Source of the DNA: Chloroflexota bacterium
Lineage (GTDB): Bacteria; Chloroflexota; JAJPGV01
Reading direction: 5' to 3'
Assembly: GCA_050695655.1 (NCBI GenBank)
Contig: JBOGTU010000077.1
Span: forward strand, 20,397-84,396
Length of the DNA stretch: 64,000 bases
Part shown: one piece after another, positions 21,023 to 30,078 of the stretch
Layout of the letters: every line of letters starts with the position of its first letter
How positions within the stretch are numbered: position 1 is the stretch's first letter
Notes under the pieces: model-generated
The model's database searches: none
Told to the model about the DNA's origin: nothing
The model's input: only the letters and a program-made list of their open reading frames with translations
Position numbers and translations under genes: made by a program

Positions 21023-21052
21023 TGACGATTGAGAATGCTGAATGCCTAGAAT
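21023..21052 (+). promoter_or_regulatory. Putative sigma-70-type promoter for pdhABC: TTGACG (-35), 18 bp spacer, TAGAAT (-10)
   Basis: Lies in an AT-rich 250-nt gap upstream of pdhA. Embedded in the tandem ACGATTGACGATTGAG direct repeat. Confidence 0.4.
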
Positions 21053-21096
21053 AAGTGTTGTAAGCATTTTGCGCTTGGCGGAGCTAGGACCGTAAC

Positions 21097-22122
21097 GTGA
21101 TGGCAATTCAAACCAAGAGCGCGGACAGCGCGCTGCCGCGGCACAGCCGCGACGAACTGCTGGCGCTGCACCGCACCATGCTGCTGAACCGCCGCTTCGA
21201 AGAGAAAGTGGGTGAGATGTACACCCGCTCGAAAATCGGTGGCTTCCTGCATTTGAACATTGGTGAGGAAGGCGCCTTCGTTGGCGCCATTCGCGCCCTG
21301 CAGCCGGGCGACTACGTGTTCAGCACCTATCGCGAGCATGGCCACGCTATCACCCAGGGCGTTGAGCCGCGCCGGGTGATGGCCGAGCTGTTCGGCCGGG
21401 TAGATGGCACCAGCAAGGGCCGAGGCGGCTCCATGCACCTGTTCGATGCGAACAAGCGCTTCATGGGCGGCTATGCCATCGTTGCCGGCTCCATCGCTCT
21501 GGCGGTGGGCGTGAGCCTGGCCTGCGTCTACCGCGGGACGGACGAGATTGTGATGTCGCTCTTTGGCGACGGCGCCACCAACAATGGCACCTTCCACGAG
21601 TCCATGAACCTGGCCAAGGTCTGGCACCTGCCGGTGGTGTTTGTCTGCGTGAACAACCAGTACGGCATGGGCACCGCGGTGGACCGCGCCTCGGCCGTGA
21701 GCGAGATGTACCGCAAGGCGGCTGGCTACGACATTCCGGCTGAGCGGGTAGACGGCATGGATGTGATCGCCACGTTGGACGCGGCGCGCAAGGCCGTCGA
21801 CTTTGTCCGGCATGAGAAAACGCCCTACTTTTTGGAAGCGGTCACCTACCGCTACCGCGGCCACTCCATGGCTGACCCGCAGACCTATCGGACCAAGGAA
21901 GAGATCGAGGAGTGGCGCCACCGCGATGCTATCGAAGGCTTCCGCAAGCGCCTGCGGGATGCCGCCCTGGCTTCGGAGCAGGATTTCGCCGCGCACGAAG
22001 CCGAGGTGGAACGCATCGTGCAGGAAGCGGTGGACTTTGCCGAGGCCAGTCGCGAGCCCGACCCGGCGACAGAGCTGCTGGACAATGCCTACGTGGGTGA
22101 CATTCCCGTGAGCTGGCGCTGA
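21097..22122 (+). CDS. pdhA: Pyruvate/2-oxoacid dehydrogenase E1 component alpha subunit
   Basis: ThDP-binding motif GDGATNNG. YREHGH. Confidence 0.9.
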   Translation: MMAIQTKSADSALPRHSRDELLALHRTMLLNRRFEEKVGEMYTRSKIGGFLHLNIGEEGAFVGAIRALQPGDYVFSTYREHGHAITQGVEPRRVMAELFGRVDGTSKGRGGSMHLFDANKRFMGGYAIVAGSIALAVGVSLACVYRGTDEIVMSLFGDGATNNGTFHESMNLAKVWHLPVVFVCVNNQYGMGTAVDRASAVSEMYRKAAGYDIPAERVDGMDVIATLDAARKAVDFVRHEKTPYFLEAVTYRYRGHSMADPQTYRTKEEIEEWRHRDAIEGFRKRLRDAALASEQDFAAHEAEVERIVQEAVDFAEASREPDPATELLDNAYVGDIPVSWR

Positions 22123-22123
22123 A

Positions 22124-23107
22124 TTGGCCGTCATCACCTACCGGGACGCGCTCAACCAGGCGTTGCGCGAAGAGATGCAGCGGGACGAGAGCGTGTTCCT
22201 CATGGGCGAGGACATTGGCGTGTGGGGCGGTTCCTTTGTGGTGACGCAGGGGTTGTACAAGCAGTTTGGCGAGCGGCGCGTGCGCGACACGCCCATCTCG
22301 GAGGATGGCTTCGTGGGGGCGGGTATTGGGGCGGCGCTGGCGGGCCTGCGGCCGGTGGTGGAGATCATGACCATCAACTTCTCGCTGCTGGCCACGGACC
22401 AGATTGTCAACTCGGCCGCCAAGATGCGCTACATGTTTGGCGGTAACGCCAAGGTGCCCATCGTCATCCGCATGCCGGGCGGCGGCGGCCATCAGCTGGG
22501 CGCCCAGCACTCGCAGAGCCTGGAGGTGTGGTACGCCAATATTCCCGGCCTGCTGGTGGTGGCCCCCGCGGTGCCGGCCGATGCGAAGGGCTTGCTCAAG
22601 GCCGCCATCCGCGACGACAACCCGGTGATTTTCATCGAGAACGAGGGCCTGTACACCACCAAGGGCGACGTGCCTGAGGAGGAGTACCTCACGCCGCTGG
22701 GCAAGGCCGAAGTGAAGCGTAACGGGCGCGACGTATCCATCGTCACCCATTCACGCATGGTGTTGCTGGCCCTCGAGGCGGCCGACGAGCTGGCCAAGGA
22801 GGGCATTGAGGCTGAGGTGGTGGATCTTCGCAGCCTGCGCCCTCTGGATGTCGCCACCATCAGCGCCTCCGTCCACAAGACCAACCACGCGGTGGTGCTG
22901 GAGGAGGGCTGGGGCAGCTACGGCATCACGGCCGAGGTGGCCGCCACGATCTATGATGTCGCCTTCGACTATCTGGATGCGCCACTGGTGCGTATCTCCG
23001 GAGTTGAGGTGCCCATGCCCTACAACCTCAAGATGGAGAAGGCTTGCATCCCCAGCCTCGAGCAGGTGGTGGCCGGCGCCAAGAAGACGCTGGGCAAGGC
23101 GGCCTGA
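22124..23107 (+). CDS. pdhB: Pyruvate/2-oxoacid dehydrogenase E1 component beta subunit
   Basis: Transketolase-like pyrimidine-binding domain. Immediately follows pdhA. Confidence 0.9.
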   Translation: MAVITYRDALNQALREEMQRDESVFLMGEDIGVWGGSFVVTQGLYKQFGERRVRDTPISEDGFVGAGIGAALAGLRPVVEIMTINFSLLATDQIVNSAAKMRYMFGGNAKVPIVIRMPGGGGHQLGAQHSQSLEVWYANIPGLLVVAPAVPADAKGLLKAAIRDDNPVIFIENEGLYTTKGDVPEEEYLTPLGKAEVKRNGRDVSIVTHSRMVLLALEAADELAKEGIEAEVVDLRSLRPLDVATISASVHKTNHAVVLEEGWGSYGITAEVAATIYDVAFDYLDAPLVRISGVEVPMPYNLKMEKACIPSLEQVVAGAKKTLGKAA

Positions 23108-23112
23108 GCGCA

Positions 23113-24357
23113 ATGCCGGAACAGGTCATCATGCCGCGCCTGAGCGACACCATGACCGAAGGCACGGTTTCCAAGTGGCTCAAGCGCCCCGGCGACGCGG
23201 TGAACAAGGGCGAGCCACTGGTAGAGATCGAGACCGACAAAGCGAACATCGAGCTCGAGGCCTACGCCAGCGGCACCCTGGCGCGTATCGTTTTGCCCGA
23301 GGGGCAGTCCGCCCCCGTGGGCGACGTCATCGGCGAGATTGCGCTGACCGGCGAGAAATTTGGCGCCAGCCCGGCCGCCCCGGCCGCGCCTGCACAGTCC
23401 GAGGTGGCACCTGTGCAGCCGGCGGTTGCACATTCCCAGGCAGCCGCGGCCCCAGCCGGTCAGCCACCCACGGCAAAACCTGCCGCCGTAACCCCGGCAC
23501 GCGAAGGTGCCCTGCGTGCCTCGCCCATGGCACGCCGCGTGGCCCGCGAGCTGGGCGTGCAACTTCAAGCCGTCCAGGGTTCGGGTCCACTGGGCCGCAT
23601 CCGCAAGGACGATGTCACCGCCGCGGCCAGCGCTGCACCGCCGGCTCCCACCGGCACGGATGGTGGCACCGAGGCTGAGGTGGTGCCGCTGTCGCGCATG
23701 CAGCAGACCATCGCCCGGCGGATGGTGGAATCCAAAACCACCATTCCGCACTTTTATGTGTCCATGGAAGTGGACATGCAGGCGGCCCTGGCCACGCTGG
23801 ATGGCCTGAACGATGGCCTGGAGCGAGAGCAAAAGGTCACCATCAACGACCTGATCCTGAAAGCGTGCGCGGTGAGCCTGCGGGCCTTCCCCGCCGTGAA
23901 CTCCTTCTACGCGGACGGCCACCTCATCCAGAACTCACACGTGCACGTAGGCTTCGCCGTTGCCGTGCCCAACGGGCTGCTGGTGCCGGTGGTGCGCGAC
24001 GTGGACCTCAAGAACGTGCGCGAGGTGGCGCTGGCCACCAAGGCGCTGGTCAAGAAAACGCGCGATGGCAAGTTGGAGCCGGCGGATTACGAAGGTGGCA
24101 CCTTCAGCGTGTCGAACCTGGGGATGTACGGCGTGGACGAGTTCACCGCCATCATCAATCCGCCGCAGAGTGCCATCGTGGCCGTGGGCGCCGTGCAGGA
24201 TAAGCCCGTGGTGCAGGATGGCCAGCTGGCCATCGGCAAGCGCATGATGCTCACCCTCTCGGCCGACCATCGCGTGTTCTATGGCTTCACCGGCGCCGAA
24301 TTCCTGCGCGACCTCAAAGGTCGCCTGGAGAAGCCCCTCAGCATCATCCTGTCGTAG
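23113..24357 (+). CDS. pdhC: Dihydrolipoamide acyltransferase E2 component
   Basis: Lipoyl domain EIETDKANIELEA, peripheral subunit-binding domain, catalytic DHRVFYG. Start refined to ATG 23113 (MPEQVIMPRLSDTM). Confidence 0.9.
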   Translation: MPEQVIMPRLSDTMTEGTVSKWLKRPGDAVNKGEPLVEIETDKANIELEAYASGTLARIVLPEGQSAPVGDVIGEIALTGEKFGASPAAPAAPAQSEVAPVQPAVAHSQAAAAPAGQPPTAKPAAVTPAREGALRASPMARRVARELGVQLQAVQGSGPLGRIRKDDVTAAASAAPPAPTGTDGGTEAEVVPLSRMQQTIARRMVESKTTIPHFYVSMEVDMQAALATLDGLNDGLEREQKVTINDLILKACAVSLRAFPAVNSFYADGHLIQNSHVHVGFAVAVPNGLLVPVVRDVDLKNVREVALATKALVKKTRDGKLEPADYEGGTFSVSNLGMYGVDEFTAIINPPQSAIVAVGAVQDKPVVQDGQLAIGKRMMLTLSADHRVFYGFTGAEFLRDLKGRLEKPLSIILS

Positions 24358-24413
24358 CTCGCTTCCTCCGGCGAAACGGGAGGTGCGCGTGCGAACGTAG
24401 CCGCCCTTGCACA

Positions 24414-24725
24414 TTGCGCATACGCGCCCGCCTCGATCCGCTCGTGGTTCACGAGCTGTCCTACGCTTTGCGGCACTACGTCAGAGGGATGGCGCTCGAA
24501 GATAGTGTGGACTACATTCTGGCTGTGCTTCAGTGGCCTGGAATCGATGCGGACAAACACCTTCAGATCGCTGCCTTGACGATTTGGCGATCGCGGCCTC
24601 ATCTTGGTTTCGTCGATGCGTATCTTGCTGCGGCGGCGAAAGAGCAGGCGTGCGGGGGTTTTCCGAAGAACGCTCGCGACTTTCGGGCAGCCGGTGTTGT
24701 TGTGCCAGACCAGCTGCCCAGCTGA
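24414..24725 (+). pseudogene. Truncated PIN-domain (VapC-like) remnant lacking the N-terminal catalytic Asp region
   Basis: C-terminal PIN signature FVDAYLAAAAKE...KNARDF (T/K-N-x-x-D-F). TTG start. No DTNV-type N-terminus and no upstream antitoxin; pdhC ends 56 nt upstream. Confidence 0.4.
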
Positions 24726-24778
24726 CGCACGCAGCGGAACCCTCGAACCGCCGCCGAGGTTCGCGACCGGACGCCAGG

Positions 24779-26148
24779 TGATCAACACGCAGCGAGCCAG
24801 CAGATCGCTCGCTCTTGCCCTGCTGGCCATCATGGTGGCACTCGCAGGCTGTTCGAATCGCGTAGCCGCGCCGGCACCGTCGGGCCCGCGAGGCACTCCC
24901 AGGCCCAGCGGCGCGATCGTCGCCAGCGCCCCACCGCCGGCTGCATCGCCCCCGCGGGACTCCACACCCACACCCACAACAACCAGCGTCCCCAAGCCCA
25001 CGGCCACTTCCACTGAGCCGTTCGACGACCAATCGCCCCTGGTGCCGCCCGGCTTTCCCACGCCCACCACGGCTGGCCAGCGCCTGGTGCCGGGCGGACC
25101 ACCCCGAGGTCCGGGGTCGCTGGCGTGGGCGCATCCCGGCCCCTACATCGCGCCGGGGTGGACAAACTTCCGCCTCAACAGCTTTCACTCCAGCCAGCGG
25201 CTGGCCACCACCTACTACTTCTACTGGCACGATCTCACCAATCCGGCGCGGCGGGCGCGTTTCGCCTCGGGCCACTTCGACAGCCCTCCAGACCCGGCGC
25301 ACTACAGCTTCCTCTTGCCACAAACGCACGAGCGGGAGTTTCGGGACATGATCGCCGCCGGGCTCGACTTTGTGCTGCCGGTGTACTGGGGCGAGCCGGG
25401 CCACCCCGGCCGCACCACGGCGGAAACCGTGCCGCGCTACTGGAGTACGGAGGGCATCCCGCCCATGGTGCAGGCCCTGCAAACCCTCGCCGCCCAGGGC
25501 CAGCACTTGCAGATGGGCATGTTCTACGACACCACCATCCTGGCCAATGCTGACCTCACCACGCCCGATGGCAAGGCCTACTTCTACGTCAACATCCGCG
25601 ACTACTTCTCCCGCATTCCGCCTCAGTTCTGGGCCGCCATCGACGGACATCCCGTCGTGTGGCTGTACGACACGCTGTGGGTGTCGCGCTTCGATCAGTC
25701 CACATTCGACTACGTCGATCAGCACTTCGCGCAGGACTTCGGCGGGCTCATGCCGTACGTGGTCCGCGAGTCACAGTGGGAAGTCAGCAAAGGTACGCCG
25801 CGCCCCGAGCCAATCCAAACCGCCGGCTTGTATGGCTGGGGCGCGGCGGCCAGCGGCTACAACCCCAACCCCAAGTTCACCGTGGCGGAGGTGGGCCCCG
25901 GCTTCAGCAACACCGCCTACTGCAGCGGCGGCGCCGCGGATAACTGCTTTGACGTTGGCCGCCAGGGCGGCGCCTACTACACGCATCAGCTGCAGCAGGC
26001 CGTCGCCAGCGCGCGCCACCTGCTGGCCGTCGAAACCTGGAACGAGTTCAGCGAAGGCACAGACGTGCAGGAAACAACCAAGTACGGCCGCCAGTACATC
26101 AACCTCACCCGCCAGTACGTCGACCAATTCAAAGCCCACGGCGGCTGA
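24779..26148 (+). CDS. Lipoprotein with Pro/Thr-rich linker and C-terminal domain of unknown function (possibly glycoside-hydrolase-like)
   Basis: GTG start, then RASRSLALALLAIMVALAGCS (lipobox LAGC). A ~90 aa low-complexity P/T/S linker precedes a ~350 aa globular domain (YYFYWHDL...). Start chosen downstream of the ORF-track start to place the signal peptide at the N-terminus. Confidence 0.6.
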
Positions 26149-26156
26149 CGCTGGCC

Positions 26157-26942
26157 TTACCAAAATCTCCCAATCAGCCCCCAGAGGGCGGCCGCGCGCT
26201 CCGGAGAACTCGTGGGATCGATGACGCAGCGGCAGGTGCGCGTGTAGGAGCCAATGGTTTGCAGATCGGAGCGCGCCGAGGGCCAGGCCCAGGGGCTGCC
26301 GGCGCGATCCCGCAGAAGCAGCTGCGCTTCGGCCCGGCCGATCGGGACGGCGCGGCGCAGCAAGCCGGATCGGACGGTACCGGCAAATACCCAGAAGCCG
26401 TCCCACCAGCGCGGGTCGGCCAGTGCGCGGCGGATGTGCGCGTTCGCGCCGAAGCGACGCATCTCCTCTGGCGCGGGCCGAGCGCGCACGTTGGGCAGGA
26501 TCGCTTCGACCTCCAGGATGCCGACCAAAGCGAACAGCGGCCCGGCCCCGCCGTGCAGCCGGGCGATGAAGACGATGCAGTCACCAGGGCGCACCTGGCG
26601 CAGTGCTGCCGCCCGCGCAGCGCGGCTGCAGTTGTCGCCATAGGTGCGCGTCTCGAACTCGGGATCGTAGTGCGTGGCCTGGGCATGCCGGCGCTCGGGT
26701 ACCAGGGTGGCCAGATCAGGCACGCTGCCGTAGGTGCGCAGACTTGCGCCACTCAGGCCGGCCGGCTCCGGGATCGTTACCAGCGTAAAGGTGCCATCGG
26801 CGTGGAGGGGGCTCCGGAGCCGGTGGCTCGCGTTCACGCCCACGTTGGCCAGGTAGATCTTGCCGGCGGGGACAGCTCCCCCAACCGCCCAGGCCGCCGG
26901 CCTCGGCTGAGATGCTGGCGTGAGCGCTCCGCTGCCAGACAT
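26157..26942 (-). CDS. Conserved hypothetical protein (261 aa, cytosolic; function unknown)
   Basis: N-terminal motif KIYLANVGVNASHRLRSPLHADGTFTLVTIPE. C-terminal TCRCVID. Resembles the nucleotide-modification-associated Nmad3-type N-terminus, but this could not be verified. Confidence 0.45.
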   Translation of the reverse strand: MSGSGALTPASQPRPAAWAVGGAVPAGKIYLANVGVNASHRLRSPLHADGTFTLVTIPEPAGLSGASLRTYGSVPDLATLVPERRHAQATHYDPEFETRTYGDNCSRAARAAALRQVRPGDCIVFIARLHGGAGPLFALVGILEVEAILPNVRARPAPEEMRRFGANAHIRRALADPRWWDGFWVFAGTVRSGLLRRAVPIGRAEAQLLLRDRAGSPWAWPSARSDLQTIGSYTRTCRCVIDPTSSPERAAALWGLIGRFW

Positions 26943-26979
26943 GAGCTCAGCCCGCCTGCCGCCACAGTAAGATTGTCAG

Positions 26980-28134
26980 GTGCTCCGCCTGTACAACAGC
27001 CTCAGCAAGCGCGTGGAGCCGTTCGAAGCGGCGGGCTCGCCCATCAGCCTCTACGTCTGCGGTGTCACCCCGTACGACACCACGCACGTGGGCCATGCCT
27101 TTCTGTACATCGTGTTCGACGTGCTCAGCCGCTACCTGCGCTTCGCCGGGCACAGCGTGCGCTACGTCTCCAACATCACCGACGTGGACGACAGCATTCT
27201 TGAGCGCGCACGCCAGCGCGGGGTGGATTACCGCGACCTGGGCGATCAGCAGACGCGCCAATTCCTGCAGGATATGCAGGCCCTGAACATCAGCCCGCCG
27301 GACGTGCGGCCACGCGCCTCTGAAGAGATCCCCAAGATGGTTGAGATTGTGACCCATCTGCTGGCCGAGGGTGTGGCCTACGCGGTGGATGGCTGGGTGT
27401 ACTTTCACGCCGGCGCATACCCCGCTTACGGCCAGCTGGGGGGCTATTCGCGGCAGGAGATGATCGCCCTCGGCGCGGAGCGTGGTGGCGATCCCAACGA
27501 CCCCCGCAAACAGGACGCGCTGGATTTTGTGCTGTGGCAGCCCTCCCAGCCGGACGAGCCGCGCTGGCACGCGCCGTGGGGCACTGGCCGTCCCGGCTGG
27601 CATTTGGAGTGCAGCGCCATGTCGCTGCGCTACCTGGGCGACACGATCGACATTCACGGTGGTGGAGCGGACCTGGTGTTCCCCCACCACGAGAGCGAGA
27701 TCGCGCAGTCCGAGCTGCACACAGGGGTGCAGCCCTTCGCGCGGCTGTGGATGCACGTGGGCATGGTGCGGCTGCACGGCGAAAAGATGAGTAAATCGCT
27801 GGGCAATCTGGTGCTCGCACGGGAACTGCTGGAGCGCCACTCGGCCGCCGCGGTGCGCCTGCACTTGCTGAGCTTCCCCTATCGCGACGGCTGGGACTTC
27901 GCTGAAGCCGCCATGGCGCCGTACGATGAGCTGGCCGCGCAGGTCGCCCAGCTGCGCCGCCCGGCCGAACACCAGCTGGCCGCGGGCGATGCCTTTGTCG
28001 CCGCCCTGGATGACGACATGGATACCCCACGCGCCATCACCGTGCTGCGCCAATGTGTGGATTCCGCTCGGCAAGGCAACGCCCAAGCCGCCGACCGCCT
28101 TTCCACTTACGCGGACATTCTCGGCCTGAGCTAG
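26980..28134 (+). CDS. Class I CysS-family ligase without anticodon-binding domain; MshC-like (L-cysteine:GlcN-Ins ligase) rather than canonical cysteinyl-tRNA synthetase
   Basis: HVGH (HIGH) and KMSKS motifs. Zinc ligands (C in [11 protein letters not shown] in GWHLEC, H..E in [15 protein letters not shown]). [21 protein letters not shown] insert typical of MshC. Only 384 aa, too short to hold the C-terminal DALR/anticodon-binding domain of CysRS. Confidence 0.6.
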   Translation: MLRLYNSLSKRVEPFEAAGSPISLYVCGVTPYDTTHVGHAFLYIVFDVLSRYLRFAGHSVRYVSNITDVDDSILERARQRGVDYRDLGDQQTRQFLQDMQALNISPPDVRPRASEEIPKMVEIVTHLLAEGVAYAVDGWVYFHAGAYPAYGQLGGYSRQEMIALGAERGGDPNDPRKQDALDFVLWQPSQPDEPRWHAPWGTGRPGWHLECSAMSLRYLGDTIDIHGGGADLVFPHHESEIAQSELHTGVQPFARLWMHVGMVRLHGEKMSKSLGNLVLARELLERHSAAAVRLHLLSFPYRDGWDFAEAAMAPYDELAAQVAQLRRPAEHQLAAGDAFVAALDDDMDTPRAITVLRQCVDSARQGNAQAADRLSTYADILGLS

Positions 28135-28408
28135 GCGCAACGCGCAACGCGCAGGCCTGGGCCTGAATCACCTGCTCCGGAACAAGCACAACATCGAAGC
28201 ACCACAGATGATTCGGCGCCGCGATTCCGTGACAAATGGGCAACGGCGCAGCCGGAATTCTCGCGGCAAATCGCGAAACGTCTTCCACGCAGACCACCTG
28301 CAGAAGCTCCATCAGCGCCCCGTCCCGGATTGTCGTCAACGCGAGGGGCAACTGCTCGATTTCAGCCAAGGTCTCCGCCTGTTCCAAGGCTACGAGTCGC
28401 CGGGCGCT

Positions 28409-28921
28409 TCAGACCCCGGCCAGCAAGCGCTCCTGCTCGGCGAGGATGGCATCCACTGGCTGGTCCACGTTGATGCTTTTGCCGTAGGGCTGCTTCCACT
28501 GCTTGCCTGTGGCCCAGTAGAGCTCAATGATGTTGTCCTCGGGGTCGGAGAAATAGCAGCCGATGGCGATGCCGTGCGTGGTGATGTTGCGAATTGGCAC
28601 CTGCTCCGCCTTCAGCCGGCTGACGTACGCCCGCAGCACCTGCAGGTTCTCCACATGAAAGGAGATCTGGCCCACCAGGCGCGTGTCACGCGGCGCCGTA
28701 CGGCCGCTGCCGAGCAGCAGCTCATGGTGCTCCGAGTCGGGCTGTGAGCTCAGAAAAACCATGCCGGGCGCTTCGTCGGTGACGCTCATGCCAACGACTC
28801 TCGTATAGAAGTCGCGCATTTTGGGCAAGTCCTCGCAGGCCAGCCCCACATGGCCAAGCCCGGAGGGGTGCAGGTTCGCGGTGTCGGTCGATCCGTTCGG
28901 CGCTTTCATAGCTGCCAGCAT
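28409..28921 (-). CDS. VOC (glyoxalase/bleomycin-resistance/extradiol dioxygenase) family protein
   Basis: GLGHVGLACEDL and paired beta-alpha-beta-beta-beta module motifs. Start refined to ATG 28921 (GAAGG RBS), avoiding the 118-nt overlap with ddl implied by the ORF-track start. Confidence 0.65.
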   Translation of the reverse strand: MLAAMKAPNGSTDTANLHPSGLGHVGLACEDLPKMRDFYTRVVGMSVTDEAPGMVFLSSQPDSEHHELLLGSGRTAPRDTRLVGQISFHVENLQVLRAYVSRLKAEQVPIRNITTHGIAIGCYFSDPEDNIIELYWATGKQWKQPYGKSINVDQPVDAILAEQERLLAGV

Positions 28922-28965
28922 ATACCTTCGCTCGCCGGCAACGTCGAGTCCCTGCGTGGGCGCGG

Positions 28966-30078
28966 TTAGCGCGAGGGCGGTTCGAAGGTTGTGGACAGGT
29001 GAGCGCGCTCCTGGTGACGGGCGAGAGCCAGCTCGATAAGGCGGTCGATGAGTTGGGCATAGGGCAGCCCGGCGGCTTGCCACAGCTTGGCGTACATGGA
29101 GATGGAGGTGAAGCCGGGGATGGTGTTCACCTCGTTCAGGTACAGCTTGCCGGTGGTGCGAGAGAGCAGAAAGTCCACCCGGGCCATGCCGGAGCAGTCC
29201 AGCGCGGTGAAGGCGCCCACGGCCAGCCGGCGAATCTCGGCCGTGCGATCGGCATCGAGTGGCGCGGGGATGAGGAGCTCGGACGCGCCGTCCAGGTACT
29301 TGGCGGCATAGTCGTAGAACTCGCGACTGGGGATAATCTCACCCGGCACCGAAGCCTCCGGGTGGCCGTTGCCCAACACCGCGCACTCGATTTCGCGTGC
29401 CTCCGGAACGGCCCACTCCGCCACCAGCTTGGTGTCGTACCGAGCCGCCAGCTGCACCGCGCCGTCGAGTTCGCCCGCGTGGTGCACTTTGGACACCCCC
29501 ACGCTGGAGCCGAGGTTGGCCGGTTTCACAAAGCAGGGAAAGCCGCACACCCGCGCCACCTCGGCGCCCCTGGCGGCGCTCCACTCCACCGCGCGGAACG
29601 TGACCTCCGGCACCACGGGAAAGCCCGCCTCCCGAAACACTCGCTTGGACAGCACCTTGTCCATAGCCAGCGCGGAGCTGAGCACGCCGCAGCCCACGTA
29701 GGCCAGGCCCGCCATCTCCAGAAAACCCTGGAGGGCACCATCCTCGCCGTAGGTGCCGTGCAGCACCGGGAAGACCACGTCGACGGGGCCGCCCGCATCC
29801 TTCGCGGCCGAGGCGAGAGCCTGGCTCGGCTCCTGCCCCTCGCCCGCGTGGCGGCCGGCCAGCTGCGCCTGCGCATCCGCCGCGGCCAGCCACCGGCCGG
29901 TGCGATCGATGCCGATGGGCAGCACCGTGTAGCGATCGGGCGAGAGCGCCGCCAGCACGTTGGCGGCCGATGCCAGCGACACGTCGTGTTCGCCGGAGCG
30001 CCCCCCGAAGAGCACGGCCACGCGCAGGCGCCTGGTCACGCCGGCAGGAGGGGTGAGGCGGTGGTTCGCCTCAGCCAA
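28966..30078 (-). CDS. ddl: D-alanine--D-alanine ligase
   Basis: VAVLFGGRSGEHDVSL N-terminus and ATP-grasp motifs. Confidence 0.9.
   Translation of the reverse strand: MAEANHRLTPPAGVTRRLRVAVLFGGRSGEHDVSLASAANVLAALSPDRYTVLPIGIDRTGRWLAAADAQAQLAGRHAGEGQEPSQALASAAKDAGGPVDVVFPVLHGTYGEDGALQGFLEMAGLAYVGCGVLSSALAMDKVLSKRVFREAGFPVVPEVTFRAVEWSAARGAEVARVCGFPCFVKPANLGSSVGVSKVHHAGELDGAVQLAARYDTKLVAEWAVPEAREIECAVLGNGHPEASVPGEIIPSREFYDYAAKYLDGASELLIPAPLDADRTAEIRRLAVGAFTALDCSGMARVDFLLSRTTGKLYLNEVNTIPGFTSISMYAKLWQAAGLPYAQLIDRLIELALARHQERAHLSTTFEPPSR

Noticed and set aside
28037-28387. 116-aa minus-strand ORF between the mshC-like and VOC genes (MEQAETLAEIEQLPLALTTIRDG...)
   Set aside because: Its 3' end overlaps the mshC-like gene by ~100 nt. 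No recognisable family. It could be a degraded TA remnant, but the evidence is insufficient to call.
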